Shown: positions 27,489-39,881, counted from the first letter of the whole stretch. The stretch is 63,841 bases of DNA, filler included, from Octopus bimaculoides (GCF_001194135.2; 7 parts of 6 records of this genome joined end to end with filler, not necessarily neighbours in it); one strand, 5' to 3'. Translations and numbers: made by a program. The notes: a model not told the origin generated them from the sequence alone.

Positions 27489-27657
27489 GTTTCTGGACAT
27501 TTGTTCAGAACTTCAGGTGAGGACCAACCCTCAATTGGAGTGCCACCATATGTAGAACTGACTAAACCAATAGGAATTCTGTGTTCTTCGTAGAGACGTC
27601 GACCATACATCCAACAGATGGCTGAGAAATACATCCAAGCTGACGACGCTAGTGCTT
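27489..27657 (-). CDS. SIAE: SIAE exon C (169 bp, phase 1 to phase 2)
   Basis: (E)ALASSAWMYFSAICWMYGRRLYEEHRIPIGLVSSTYGGTPIEGWSSPEVLNKCPE, matching the SIAE motifs SAVCWLFG..L...PIGLI.S.WGGTPIEAWSS. Acceptor tttttatcaacag, donor AAC|gtgagt. Confidence 0.95.
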
Positions 27658-28022
27658 CTGTTGATAAAAATACAATTAAAACACGAGATCTACTATTTAA
27701 ATATCAAATGTATTTCGCTGTTTTTCTCTCCCAATCTCATTAAAGCCGTATGACATATAACTATCCCACTGACTCTTCTATTTTATTTTTCAGTCAAACA
27801 GTAAATAGAACTTCATTATGCTCTTCTTCGAATTTTAAAGTATGAATAGTGTCTTTATTTGAAGTAAAATTAGTTGCTATTTTCAACATAACAAGCAACT
27901 ATTTAGGTGCTACCTCAAACACTCATAGTGATTCGTTTAATACAATGATAATTAAATTTAAGAACAACCATGTACTATTGATCGACGAGAGCTTTGTGGA
28001 GGCATGAATTGTAGCTACTTAC

Positions 28023-28161
28023 CAGGTGATGCAACTGACCATTGTTCTAGAGCACATTTGACGTCGTATTCCGGTTGATTAGCGGCCATATATGCTGTAG
28101 TAAATACTCGAATATGTGGGTAATGTATGGAACCTTTAGCCTCGTTGCTACCATTGAATGC
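28023..28161 (-). CDS. SIAE: SIAE exon B (139 bp, phase 0 to phase 1)
   Basis: AFNGSNEAKGSIHYPHIRVFTTAYMAANQPEYDVKCALEQWSVASP(E), matching the vertebrate SIAE segment IFNAT..YQSVRIL..LQWSKPTSE. Acceptor tatatttgtag, donor CTG|gtaagt; phases fit both neighbouring exons. Not shown in the ORF track. Confidence 0.93.
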
Positions 28162-29091
28162 CTACAAATATATAAAGAGAGAGAGACAGACATACAGAGA
28201 CAGAGAGAGACAGACAGACAGAGACAGAGAGAGACAGACAGACAGAGACAGAGACAGAGAGAGAAAGAGAGAGGTTATGAGCGATAGTGGTGTCAATTAG
28301 ACCCAGAGGTTTCAGGTAATGCTGAGTGAGTGCTATGGATAGACCACAGTTAAGCTCCAGGTTCGGTGATTATACGAATAAGGGGTCCAACGTAGGTCAT
28401 ATATCAGCGTGTGAATATAGGGATTTATTTTTCGTAATAAGATAAAAAACCAAGGCTGTGTCCAGTTTGGTTTTTTATCTCATTACGAAAAATAAATATT
28501 TATATATATATAAATATTAGTATTTCTAAGTCTCTCTAAAGGAGACTACGGCAGCGGTACTGGATATTAATAGTTATCGGCAAGCTAACATGGCAGTTTA
28601 GAAAAATAGGACGTAGATGTCAGAGCAGCTATGGGAAGCGGCTGACCTCCCCTGTTCGAAGGTTATAATGGACACAAGTTGGTATGTCACATAGCTCGCT
28701 AGAGGCAATGACCTCTTGGAGCTAATTAACGGCAGCATTCCTCCTATTGTTCTGGACTGCCATGTTAGCTTGGCGATAACTATTAATATATATATAAATA
28801 CATACATGCGTACACAGAAACACATACATTCAGATTTTGAACTGAGTTCAATTATATTTATTTGGTTGAATTCTCATATGGTTACTTAAATTTCTTGTTC
28901 AAACGCTTATTCAGATGGTTATTTGATGTAAATTAAAGTACACCCAGCTGCTACTCTTTTAACGAGCGTAGACACGTGACACTTAAGTAATGGTGGACGA
29001 CTTCAGCTTGGCTATATTTGATTTCAATTATTCCGACTGAAGTTGTCTTGTGCATAATACCTTTACATATACATAGACATAAGCATACACA

Positions 29092-29128
<37 letters not shown>

Positions 29129-29287
29129 GTGTATGTGTGTTTATGTATGTATGTAAATGCGTGGGAAGTAAATTTTGAGTCAAGTATAAGGTAATGCGAA
29201 TATTCCGCAGACGTTCGTTGAAAATGACTGCTCTCCTCAAATCTGTTACAACAGCAGCAACAACCACAATGACGACGACGAGAACAA

Positions 29288-29321
<34 letters not shown>

Positions 29322-29324
29322 AAT

Positions 29325-29540
29325 GATTTCAAATTTTTACCACAAGGGCAGCTTGGGGGAGGGGATCAAGTCGATTACAACGACCCCAGTCTGCGTAACT
29401 GGTACTTATTTAATCGATTCCGAAAGGATGAAAGGCAAAGTCGACTTCGGCGGGATTTGAATTCAGAACGTAACGGCAGACGAAATACCGCTAGGTATTT
29501 CACCCGGCGCGCTAACGATTTTGCCAGCTAGCCGCCTTCC
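29325..29540 (-). mobile_element. SINE family B
   Basis: gatttcaaatttttaccacaagg...gaaaggatgaaaggcaaagtcgac...ccagctagccgcctt. Confidence 0.8.
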
Positions 29541-29559
29541 ACAATAATGATGATAATAA

Positions 29560-29700
29560 TAATAATAAGGGAAACTGAGGAACTATGACGATTTGAAATG
29601 GGAAATACGCAGGTTGTGGATAATGAAGAAAGTGGACGTAATGACAGTAGTGACTGGCAGGCTTAAAAGTATCAGTACTCGACTATCAACCTTACCACCT
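29560..29700 (+). mobile_element. R4/Dong-like LINE 3' fragment inside (TAA)n
   Basis: GKLRNYDDLKWEIRRLWIMKKVDVMTVVTG, a restriction-like endonuclease C-terminus, flanked by (TAA)n on both sides. Confidence 0.7.
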
Positions 29701-29702
29701 TC

Positions 29703-29739
<37 letters not shown>

Positions 29740-29743
<4 letters not shown>

Positions 29744-29943
29744 CCTTTATACTATTGGCACATAACCTGGAATTTGAGGGGAGGGGGATAGTCGATCATA
29801 TCAACACCAGTGCTTATTTGGTACTTAAGTTTTCGACCCAGAAAGGATGAAAGGCAAAGTCGACCTCAGCAGTATTTGAACTCAGAACGTAAAGAAGGGC
29901 GAAATGCCCGTCGTGCTAACGATTCTGCCAGCTCGCCGCCTTA
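29740..29943 (-). mobile_element. SINE family B
   Basis: Same core; ends gccagctcgccgcctta. Confidence 0.8.
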
Positions 29944-30000
29944 ACACAAATGTTGTTGTTGTTGTTATTATTATCGGCAACAACAACAATAATAATAACA

Positions 30001-30061
<61 letters not shown>

Positions 30062-30868
30062 TAATAATAATAATGTAGCTGTCGATAGCAAATACAAACG
30101 ATAGCTTGCAAAATTTAAAATAGCCTCCACAGAAAAGCGTTTGACATGATATCACATTCTAGGATCATGGGGACTCTTTACATAATTAAAACTGCTCCAA
30201 TACTAACAAAATACATGAACCATATAAAAGGAAAACAAACATATCAGTACTAATTAAAAATAAGATAAAAAAAATATAGCGCTGTATCCATAAAAATAAT
30301 CGTCTAGGGAGACACATTATTCCTTCTAATGTTCTGCCAAGCCATGACTCTATTAATAAATTCGCTCAATGAAACGATCAATGGTTAAATATTTGCAAGT
30401 AATAATGCGCAGTTAAAAACCACTTTAAAATGTTTATAAATTTCGCAAAGACACACACGTAGAAAAATAAAAATAAAAATGTATAGGATTAAATGAATGT
30501 ATCAGAACAACGACATAGAAAGGTAACCTAACAGGGGAAACATTAAATTATGTAGAGAAATTGAAGTCAATGAACTTGACCAAACCGCCTATTCAAATAC
30601 CAAGTATAGATAAAAATGGATGAAAAGTCGAAGAAATGAAGAAAAAAATTTAAAAAGCATTGCATAAGTTGATGCTTGCTATTATTAAAATCTTAATTTA
30701 ATGCTACGAATAAGGTAATAGAAGAATGATGATAGGTATGTATACATTAGCTGTACCAGTTACAAAGAGGAGATTCACCGTTTATATATTGAAAATTAGG
30801 AGTATTGAAGTGCTGAGACAGATAAACAAAAACCTACTCAGCATGTTGAGGTAATCGACCCGAAGAAG

Positions 30869-30869
<1 letters not shown>

Positions 30870-30906
<37 letters not shown>

Positions 30907-30936
30907 AACTGTCTGTCTGTCTATCTACACACACAG

Positions 30937-30968
<32 letters not shown>

Positions 30969-31450
30969 ACACACACACACAGAGAAACACAAACACACAT
31001 ATATGCATACATGTATATATAAATATTTCTATGCAAATGGATACGCACATATACATACGTATAGATAGATAGATACATACATACATTCACACATATACAC
31101 ACACACATATCTATATACATATATACAGACATATATAGACATATATACATACATACATGTGCATAAGATGTGATCTAGTTCTAGCACATTAAATGTCCAC
31201 GTTAGTGGCCAACGTCATATATAAATATGTATATATATAGATAGATGCATACATACATATATACATACGTAAATACATATATACTTACATACATACATAT
31301 ATAAATATATATATAGATATATTAGATAGATAGATAAACACATACATATATGCATACGTACATACATACATACATGCATACATGCATGCATGCATACATA
31401 CATACATGCTTACATACATACGTACGTACGTACGTACGTACGTACGTACA
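30870..31450. repeat. Compound microsatellite (CTAT, CA, ATAC, GTAC)
   Basis: Directly visible. Confidence 0.95.
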
Positions 31451-32419
31451 TAGACAAGAGCATAGAAGAAGAGAATCTAATGCGAATAGAAAAGTACTAA
31501 AACAGCAGTTCAAGAAAAATACTTGGAAGCAATCAAATGTAAAGTAATTAGTTTTGAAAGAAAAAAATTCTTTCTTTCTAATTAAGGAAGCAATTAAGTA
31601 CAAATTGGCAACTAACTAAACTGAAGAAAATGATTTAAATAAGAACAAACAACGGACAAGTTTACATAGAAGCCAATAACAAAACATTTTTCTAAAATAT
31701 ACAGTAGGAAAAATGGAGTGTAAATCACGATGTGGTAAAAATCCTCCATATTCAATGGGCAGGAAGTAAAGTAGAGGGAAATGAATGACTGACTTAAATG
31801 TTCTGAGTTAAAAGAAAGAAAGAACAGGCTATTTTAGCTGAAGGAGATAAAATATTGACAAAAGCAAGATCATAATTTCTTTTTAAGGCCCATGGCTGTG
31901 TATTTTGATAAGAGGAAATTAATTGATAGCATCAGTCCTAATACTAGAGCAGTTCTTTATTTTATCGGCCCTCGTTAAGGACAAAAGCAATGTTGATGTT
32001 AAGAGTGTTTAACTCAGAAAGTAAACAGTCGGAATATATATATATTCTTCTATAAGAACACTACGATCAGTTTCAAGTGCAGAAAACATGAAAATCAAAG
32101 TAAGAAACGGGAAGTATCCAAGACAAATGGAGAATCCGGAGGTTGAACAAATGAATTAACTGGAATTTATAAACAAATTTACCACAAGATTTAGAGCACA
32201 GGACGAAAAGAAAAGACCAAATGTTTGATGATAGCTGCACAACAACAGTGTGGCAGGCAATTTCCGTAAACATTGCATCAATAAAATTTGAACAGATGAA
32301 CAATGCCATATCTGGAAAATATAATGAAGCCATCATCACTTAGGTGTGAAGTATCGAAGAAAGAAACGATGTGAGGCCTTTAACAACGTGTTGCTGTTCG
32401 CTCATATATAATTACTTGC

Positions 32420-32915
32420 AGCAAGTGAAATCGAGACCTCTGAGAAGTGAAGTGGAAGGCTTGGTATAAAAGACGGGCTTAATACCACAGATTTGCTTGT
32501 CAGTTGTTTGACCTTAACAAATTGAGCATTCAGTTCAGCCTTGGTGGCTGACAATATGTGCATCTCTGATCATGAGCAGAAGTAGTGGGGGAGCATCATA
32601 GCCATGTGTTGAGATGAATTCTTTGAGGTTTGAATAATTCACCATTGAAAACATGGGTGTTTTGCTCAACATCCTTAAACAAAGTTTATTCAGGGACCTT
32701 TTGAGCGGGATGGGCTACTCGACCTGAAGAAAATTCTAACTGGGTTCCACCTGCAAGGTCATGCACTGTTTATCTTGATATGAGGTCACCATGTTGTGCA
32801 CATATGGTTGTGAAGCATGTGCCTGGTGTACCCTTATCAGACGGGTAGTCATGATGGGAATATTGGGCTTCGTATATTTTACCCCAGTGTCACTTTGATG
32901 GCATGCACTGCTCTC
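32420..32915 (-). mobile_element. Interspersed repeat, probably SINE/RTE-related
   Basis: GC-richer, non-coding block with sharp boundaries and an adjacent (AAT)n tract; family not identified. Confidence 0.45.
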
Positions 32916-32984
32916 TCATTCAATAATAATAATAATAATGATAGTAATAATAACAATAATGATAGCTAACAACTTTGTGCACAA

Positions 32985-33162
32985 ACAAATGTTCGTGAGA
33001 AGGGGCAGGTTGATTACATCGGCCCAAGTAGTCAACTGGTATTTATTTTATCGACCCCGAAGGCATGAAAGGCAAAGTCGACCTTGGTAGAGTTTGAACC
33101 CAGAAAATACAGCCGAAAGAAATGCGACTATGCAATTTTTTCAGCGTGCTAATGGTTCTGCC

Positions 33163-33165
<3 letters not shown>
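32985..33165 (-). mobile_element. SINE family B
   Basis: tttatcgaccccgaaggcatgaaaggcaaagtcgacc; accounts for the spurious C-terminus of ORF 33043-33897. Confidence 0.75.
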
Positions 33166-33197
<32 letters not shown>

Positions 33198-33270
33198 CAC
33201 TGAGGCATAATGCCATATATTTTATAACTCCATCGACTCTAGAAATATGAAAGACAAAGCTAGTACTTAC

Positions 33271-33602
33271 CATCATTGTCGTAAACTGCATATTACTTTG
33301 ACCGGAACATATCCATACATCTCCAAACAAAACATTAACCAGTCTGATAGTGGACAGAGATGACTGGACAGTGATAACATGTGGTCCACCAGCTTCCTTT
33401 GCGGGTAATTTCACGGTCCATATACTGGCATTGATAACCGGATGAAAATAACTAGTCGTCTTCAGTACGATGATATCATCTATTTTAATGGTGAGGTTGG
33501 TGTTGCTGTGTGTTGAATATCCCCAAATGATAGCTCGCTGTGGAGATCTTTGTAACACCATGTTGTTACTGTAGTAAGTGGCAAATCGGATGTTTTGACT
33601 AC
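33271..33602 (-). CDS. SIAE: Sialate O-acetylesterase homologue, internal exon A (332 bp, phase 1 to phase 0)
   Basis: Translates to (G)SQNIRFATYYSNNMVLQRSPQRAIIWGY...WTVKLPAKEAGGPHVIT...LVNVLFGDVWICSGQSNMQFTTMM. Contains the SIAE N-terminal MVLQ motif and the catalytic GQSNM motif. Acceptor tttatttattag, donor ATG|gtaagt. Confidence 0.95.
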
Positions 33603-34030
33603 CTAATAAATAAAATAATGTAAAAGGGATAAAAGACAGATAAATAGCAAAATAATACAACGTGCTAGTAGTTGCTGTGATGTTTGAACGCTTGGTGAAC
33701 TTGACTCGGCTGATTGGAAATATTGAACCTGTTTTGGCGACATTCGGTTTTAGTTTTGGAGGCAAACACAGATCGCGGGTTCGAATCTCAGACCGGGTGA
33801 TGTGTGTGTTTATGAGCGAAACATGCGGCACCTGCAAAAGGTAATGGCGAACTTCTGCTGACTCTTTCGCCACAACTTTCACTCTCCCCTCATGCATCTA
33901 GCGGCTCACCTGCGACGGACCGGTGTACCGTCCAAGTGGGGTACCTATGCACCAATGAAACCGGGAAACCGGCCCTTATGAGCCAGGCATGTCTCGAGAA
34001 GGAAAAAAAAAACAAAAAAACAACAGCAAC

Positions 34031-34640
34031 AGTGGTTCTTAACCATTTTTGTTTTTTTTATGGATCCCTTTGATTACTATTTAGGTCGGGTGGACCGCAT
34101 AGCCATTCGATGTTTAAAAACTAGTTTTATAGATTAAGTTAAGTTAAAGCGCCCCTTCTCGTGTCATGTCGACTCATAAGGGCAAATTTCCCAGTTTCAG
34201 TGGCGTTAAATTCCCCACCTGGACGGGACGCCAGTTTGTTGCAGGAATACTCATTTTTGCCAGCTGAGTGGACTGGAAGAACGTGAAATGAAGTGTTTTG
34301 CACAAGAACACAACGTGTCGCCCGGTCCAGGAATCGAAATCGCAATCTTACGATCATGAGTCCAACACCCTAACCACTAAACCACGCGCCTCCCCACGTT
34401 TTATAGATACTTATTTCAAATTCCAATTTTGGTTTTCACCCATTCACTTGTGTATTTTGAGCTATGGAAAACATTAAAGAAACTTAACTGTTTCTCTCAA
34501 TAAACACATCTAAAGCTACATTTTTCCATCGACCCTTAATATACTACTCTGAATCTCCAGTTTGTCGTCTAGCTTGCACGGGCCCTAAAATCTTATGTGG
34601 ACCCCAGGGGTATATTGATCTCGGTCGAAAACCACAGGGC
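34031..34640. mobile_element. hAT-type MITE interrupted by a SINE
   Basis: Starts cagtggttcttaacc and ends near ggtcgaaaaccacag; a SINE is inserted at 34140-34394. Confidence 0.45.
34140..34394 (-). mobile_element. tRNA-derived SINE family D
   Basis: Minus strand: ggaggcgcgtggtttagtggttaggg, ttcgattcc, gtgttcttgtgcaaaacacttcatttcac, ccagtccactcagctggcaaaaatgagta. Confidence 0.8.
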
Positions 34641-35189
34641 TAAGTCATTCTTGTTCGCCCAACATATGGTCAAAATTACTGTTTTCTGAAGTCTGTGTGC
34701 GTTTGTGTTCGCACAAAGGTTTTTCTATCAGCTCATGAAAGACAGCTATGTAAGCACAAAAAGTTATTTGCCAAAAACGATATTGTTGTTATTAATTGTA
34801 TTTATTAAAAGACAAACTTTTATCTATTTTTGTTAACTAAATAGTCGGTTTGTCAAATATCACGTTTGCACATCATTAATCTACGTCATCTCACATATTC
34901 TGTTCCAGTTTTGTGCAGCTGAAGCCATGTTTAGCAGACGCTATTCATATAATAAAGTTTAAGATCTGATTCAAATTCTGTAGATAGCTTAGTGAGTTTT
35001 TATTGAAAAAATAAATATCGATTCACTGTGAAATTCAAAAGAATCGAAGGGCGTAAAAGAAAAAGAGAGAAAAAAAAACTGTTAGTTTGTTTAAAGTTGA
35101 ATAGTTTAACTAAATAGTAACAACTGATACATCGAAAGCTCGTTAGGTCATGAAAGTTCAGCTGCGAGAAATATTTATGAGTGACTTGG

Positions 35190-36620
35190 AAATTGGAGTT
35201 TTTTTTTTCTTTTTCTTTTTTGTATTGTCGTGATACGAAAATTGCTGGAAAATATTTGCAAGTAGAAAGAAAGATATTTGGAAACTACAGACATACTTTC
35301 AACAAAATATTTTGTCTGAATTTCAGATTCACATCTAAACGTTATGAGCATAACTTTTTTGCATTCAATGTCTATGTATATTCTATGCAAAAGTTTATGC
35401 AACAAACCCCTCTATTACTCAATACCAGTGTGTTACGCATGCTACGATTCAGTGCAGATGAGCGAGAGCGAAAGTGATCAAACCTCAAAGAGATCAAAGC
35501 GTGTTGTTATCCTTCAAAATGAAAAGATCGTCACTTTAGTTCAGCTCATCTAGAAGAATATTGTAAAGTATGTTCAACTCCAAGACATCTGGAGAATCAA
35601 AAAAATATGTTTAAATTTCTATAAACTATCAATTTTATTTCGGAGAAAGACATTGTAATAGAGATAACATCAGTAAATTTTCACAAGTTGATAATTGTTG
35701 AAAACACAATCATGACTTTCAACAAAATTTCCAATCTGTACATGAAATGCAGATTTAAAGATTCTACTGATTATAAAACGTTTTCTTTTTGTAAATATAT
35801 TTTTGAGGAGTAGTTCAGCTGCAGGCGTACGATTCTTCTATTTTATCAGCATCATAAGGTTCATGAAGAAAAGGAAACCGAACATCATAAAAAGACTTAG
35901 AATTAGATTTTGCGCCTGATGGAGCATCGGGATTCTTGGGGAGAGTTAGTTGTACCATAGCAATGCGTAGTTTAGCAACAACTATGCAATACACGGAGAA
36001 AATCTCAAGATCTGTGATGCACGGATAGAAGAGAAGTTAACAAGCGAAATTGATACTTTCATGAGAAGAATCTATAGCGTTTTCTCGATTTAAACATAAA
36101 AGTTCTATACTTGAAGAATTTGCAGAGGCTTCTGAAAATCAAGCTGTAGCGCTCAGATCACTTACTGAAGTTAAAAGGCTATCAAGACACTTTGCTTTGC
36201 AGACAATAGTAAAACGTTATACGGTACCGATCATATTCTTTGAAGAAGCTAAATCAAATGGCCCGTTGGCTAAATTCCGTCACATGAAATTGATAAACAT
36301 TACATAAAATATAACTAAAATTTTAAGAGATGTTTTGAAGAACTGGATGAACTGTAGAAGATCCCCACAACGATCGATTCAGCTCATTTTGTACGAGGCA
36401 CAACTGTCAAAATAATAATGTTGTATCTAAGAGACTACATTTCGAAATATTAACCGTCGACTCTCGTATCCTGTTGATTTTACAAATGATTTCTGTGCTT
36501 ATTAAGAAGAAAGTTTTTCTGAAAATGTGGTACGAATCAGGATATCTCTGTCATTGCAGGTTGTAACCTTGCATTTTGCCATGAACAAGATAATTCCTTT
36601 TGCATAAAATGTGATTTCTA
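35190..36620 (+). mobile_element. Decayed hAT (ZNF862-like) transposase remnant
   Basis: FLYCRDTKIAG.FASRKKDIWKL zinc-finger region, DGAS motif, and LRSLTEVKRLSRHFALQTIVKRY (equivalent to EVRWLSR); frameshifted. Confidence 0.7.
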
Positions 36621-37274
36621 GCTGAAAATATTAAACTATATTTACTATTCAAATTTTCTGTACAATATAACAATTACATCTAAGTTGATTTCAACCTTTA
36701 ATGAAATAGTATCATTTGTACTTCAAACGGAGCAGTTTTATTACCTTTCAATGTTGCAGGTTATTTTGGGAAACTTTTTGTTTCATTTATTGGGGTACGC
36801 GACGTTGCAGTTGAATACCTCAATTTTAAAAGATATAGCACTTTTAGGATATTGACAATCAAAAGCTATCAGTTGGATGGAGGTTCTGTTAATCTAAATT
36901 TTTCAATTGGCATGAAATCATTAAGAGATAAACCCCAGTCTCTGTCTCCAACTACAGATATACTATCGCTTCTCTTTCTCTTCTCTCAGCATACTACAAC
37001 GACCTCTCTTCTTTATAGCTGGCTAGTCTTGTACCGCCTGCCGTCAGACCCAACTCTGACCCGTCTCTCCACCTCACCACATTGTTGTTGCAGTGAATAC
37101 TCTGTCTTGAATAACCGGTGTGTCCAGGCCTTCCTCCCGAGAACATCGACTCTGGAAGTTTCCTTGCCTTTGTACGACATATAAGTGTTGATCTACAACA
37201 TTCTAAACAGATTCTTAACGTCATCACCCACAACAGACCTAAAATAATCACGTTCCCTGCCCTTTCGCCTAAAC

Positions 37275-37953
37275 CAGTGGTCCTCAACCATTTTTTACAC
37301 ATGAACCTTTTTATTCCTATTTTATTAAGCTGCATCTCCCTAAAGCCATTCAATGTTAAAAAAAATCCTATTATATTATTATTATTAAATATTAATAGAA
37401 ATTGTATCAATCATTGTTAAAATATGTTGTGTATTGTTGAAGTACAGGGATGAGTCAAAAAGTAATGCCATTTTGTTAAGGAACATGTATCATGCATCAA
37501 AATGAAGCTGGACCTCTGTGGATCACATCCGTACTTCTCAACACAGTCACCGTTTCTCTCAATAGCAATGTTCCATCTTCGAATGAGACCATGTATCTCT
37601 GCCCCCTGAAATTCTGTTGACTGTTCTTTGAGCCACTTCCTCGTCACTGGACTATCATCTCTTCGGCCCCATGAAAGAGGGTTTGAGAAGCAAACATTAT
37701 TTCAGTGACAAGGAAGTGAAAACTAATCAAAAAGTAGGGATGTTGAGAAGTAGGGCATTTGATCCACAGAGGACCAGCTTCATTTTGATGTATGATACAT
37801 GTTCCTGTGTTGGTAATTATACCTGTCCTAAACAAAAATGGCATTACTTTTTGACTCACCCTCTTATAACTAATTCATTGCACATAAAATTTAACAAAAC
37901 CTTATATAAAACCCGAAGGGCCATATGAACCTGGACCAGGTTTAGAACCACTG
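37275..37953. mobile_element. hAT-type MITE hosting the mariner foldback
   Basis: Ends cagtggtcctcaacc ... ggtttagaaccactg (imperfect TIRs); no clear TSD. Confidence 0.5.
37445..37864. mobile_element. Mariner-derived foldback element made of two 3' ends
   Basis: TA|CAGGGATGAGTCAAAAAGTAATGCCATTTT ... AAAATGGCATTACTTTTTGACTCACCCTCT|TA. The left arm encodes KWLKEQSTEF..IHGLIRRWNIAIERNGDCVEK (-); the right arm encodes DYHLFGPMKEGLRSKHYFSDKEVK (+). Confidence 0.85.
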
Positions 37954-39074
37954 ACTTTCACTAAGCATTCAAAAATTGTAACTAGAGGAGAATGAAAATA
38001 AAACAGAATATCCTCTGTATATTTTTCAATGGTACAACTTGCGTCATATTTACAGAAGAAATGAGTTCGAATCACGCGGCCAGCCTTTGACTTTACTTTT
38101 AGAAATTGAAACTGTGAGCACAACCCCTAGCCACTGAGCTATGACCCTTCACACACACACGCACACACACACACACACACACATACACACACACACACAC
38201 GCACATACACACACACACGCACGCACACATGCACACGCACACAATATTCTATGTTGGTTATGTCAAATATTTGTAAGCCACAGAAACTGGGCTGTGTCTG
38301 AAGGCTTTCGCAGTTAAAACATGTGGTTAGATTTTAAAGTGGCTTTGTAGTTGAACGAGTTTTGATTTGAATATTTCTAGTAGCTTCGCATGTTTCAATT
38401 CACATGTTATATTATTAATAAATATCGTGGGAAGTGATGATGGGTGTTATTAATTTATTTCCACATTGTATCACATAAAGATAAGAAATACTCATTGATG
38501 TTTTATTTAATGGTATAACAAACTAAACAGTTGCTCAAAGTACCGAATATAATCTTAAATAAATAAGTTACTTCGTAGAAAGCAATCATACTTGTATTAT
38601 ATTAAAACGGTGGGTGGGAGTGAAAGTAAACGTCACTTGACAAAAATCTAGGCGAGCAATTCTTTTTTTCTAAAAGAGGAAACATGAAAATATTTTAAGG
38701 AATTTATCAAAGGAAAACTTATTAAATTTAAAGAAAAAAACTTTATTAACTTTGGTTTGTTTTATTAAAAGTTTATAAAAATCTAATAAATTTTCTTTTG
38801 ATAAAATTCTTAAATATCTATAAGCTTAGAGTAGTTTCGATAAGTTTATTTTATTAAAATTTCTAAAAATATTTTTAATATACTTCCTTTAAAATAATTT
38901 TTGTACATAGAGTGGGGATGTTTGTCGGCGGTGGATTTACTAGGGCCTCATTAAAACATGCCAATGCAGTTTTATTAGCTGTGTGATGTAAGCTGTGCAA
39001 AATTATTCTGTAACTTTTGAAAGTTTACGGTTGCACAAGAATGCAGTGCAAACATAGTTACGTCACAAGAAAAT

Positions 39075-39297
39075 CATTGGTTTCAAGTTTTTTAGCTCCG
39101 GTCTTTGCAATCTCAGGGAATGGTGTCAGTCGATCACATCGAACCCAATGCTCTGCTGGTATTTATTTTATCGACTTCGAATGGATGAAAAGCAAAGTTG
39201 ACATCAGTGGAATTTGAACTCAGAGCATAAATCCGGACGAAATGTCGCTAGGTATCTTGTCCGGCGTGCTAACAACTTTGCCAGCTCACCGCTTTAG
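39075..39297 (-). mobile_element. SINE family B, left of the HHR pair
   Basis: Core and head ending gccagctcaccgcttt. Confidence 0.75.
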
Positions 39298-39314
39298 ATC
39301 ACGAGAAAATATCC

Positions 39315-39481
39315 ATTATTTACATTATTTATATTTGACGGATACTTGTCCTCATTTTGTTTGTTATTAACACAAAGTTTCGGCTGATATACCCTCCAGC
39401 CTTCATCAGGTGTCTTGGGGAATTTTCGAACTTGGTTTCTCATTCTTAAGGTACTATTCGATGCTGCTGCTGTTGTTGTTG

Positions 39482-39528
<47 letters not shown>

Positions 39529-39599
39529 TTTCAGGTCACTGCTTGGAATCGAACACGGAATATTGGGGTTAGTAGCCCACGCTCTTAACCACTATGCCC
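39315..39599 (-). mobile_element. tRNA-headed, hammerhead-containing SINE-like element (left arm of inverted pair)
   Basis: On the minus strand: GGCATAGTGGTTAAGAG (A box), anticodon-like GGGCTACTAACCC, TTCGATTCC (B box), (AAT)n/(AAC)n, HHR motif, conserved tail. Confidence 0.85.
39369..39414 (-). ncRNA. Hammerhead motif, same family, helix III palindrome mutated
   Basis: GACAC-CTGATGA-A-GGCTG-GAGGGTATAT-CAGCC-GAAACTTT-GTGTT (ACGT changed to ACTT). Confidence 0.7.
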
Positions 39600-39601
39600 T
39601 A

Positions 39602-39881
39602 TGGCGTAGTGGTTAAGAGAGCGGGCTACTAACCACAAGATTCCAAGTTCGATTCCAAGCAGTGACCTGAATAATAATAATAATAACAACAACAACATCA
39701 TCGAAAAATACCTTAAGAATAAGAAACCAGGTTCGAAATTTCCCCAAGACACCTCATGAAGGCTGGAAGGTATATCAGCCGAAACAGTTGTGTTAACAAC
39801 AAACAAGATGAGGACAAATATCCGTCAAATATAATTCATGTAAATAATGTACATAATTCTTCATCTCTTAAATATAGAACT
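39602..39881 (+). mobile_element. tRNA-headed, hammerhead-containing SINE-like element (right arm of inverted pair)
   Basis: TGGCGTAGTGGTTAAG (A box), GTTCGATTCC (B box), (AAT)n(AAC)n, mutated HHR, tail ending tcttaaatatagaact. Reverse-complement homologue of 39315-39599. Confidence 0.85.
39748..39794 (+). ncRNA. Hammerhead motif, same family, core mutated
   Basis: GACAC-CTCATGA-A-GGCTG..CAGCC-GAAACAGTT-GTGTT (G5C change and a 1-nt insertion in ACGT); probably inactive. Confidence 0.65.

Noticed and set aside
33043-33897. ORF-track 284-aa protein treated as a complete gene
   Set aside because: Only 33271-33602 is exonic; the flanks are intron and SINE sequence that happen to be open.
39602-39665. 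tRNA genes suggested by A/B boxes
   Set aside because: All such motifs are SINE heads continuing into repeat bodies, without a complete acceptor stem.
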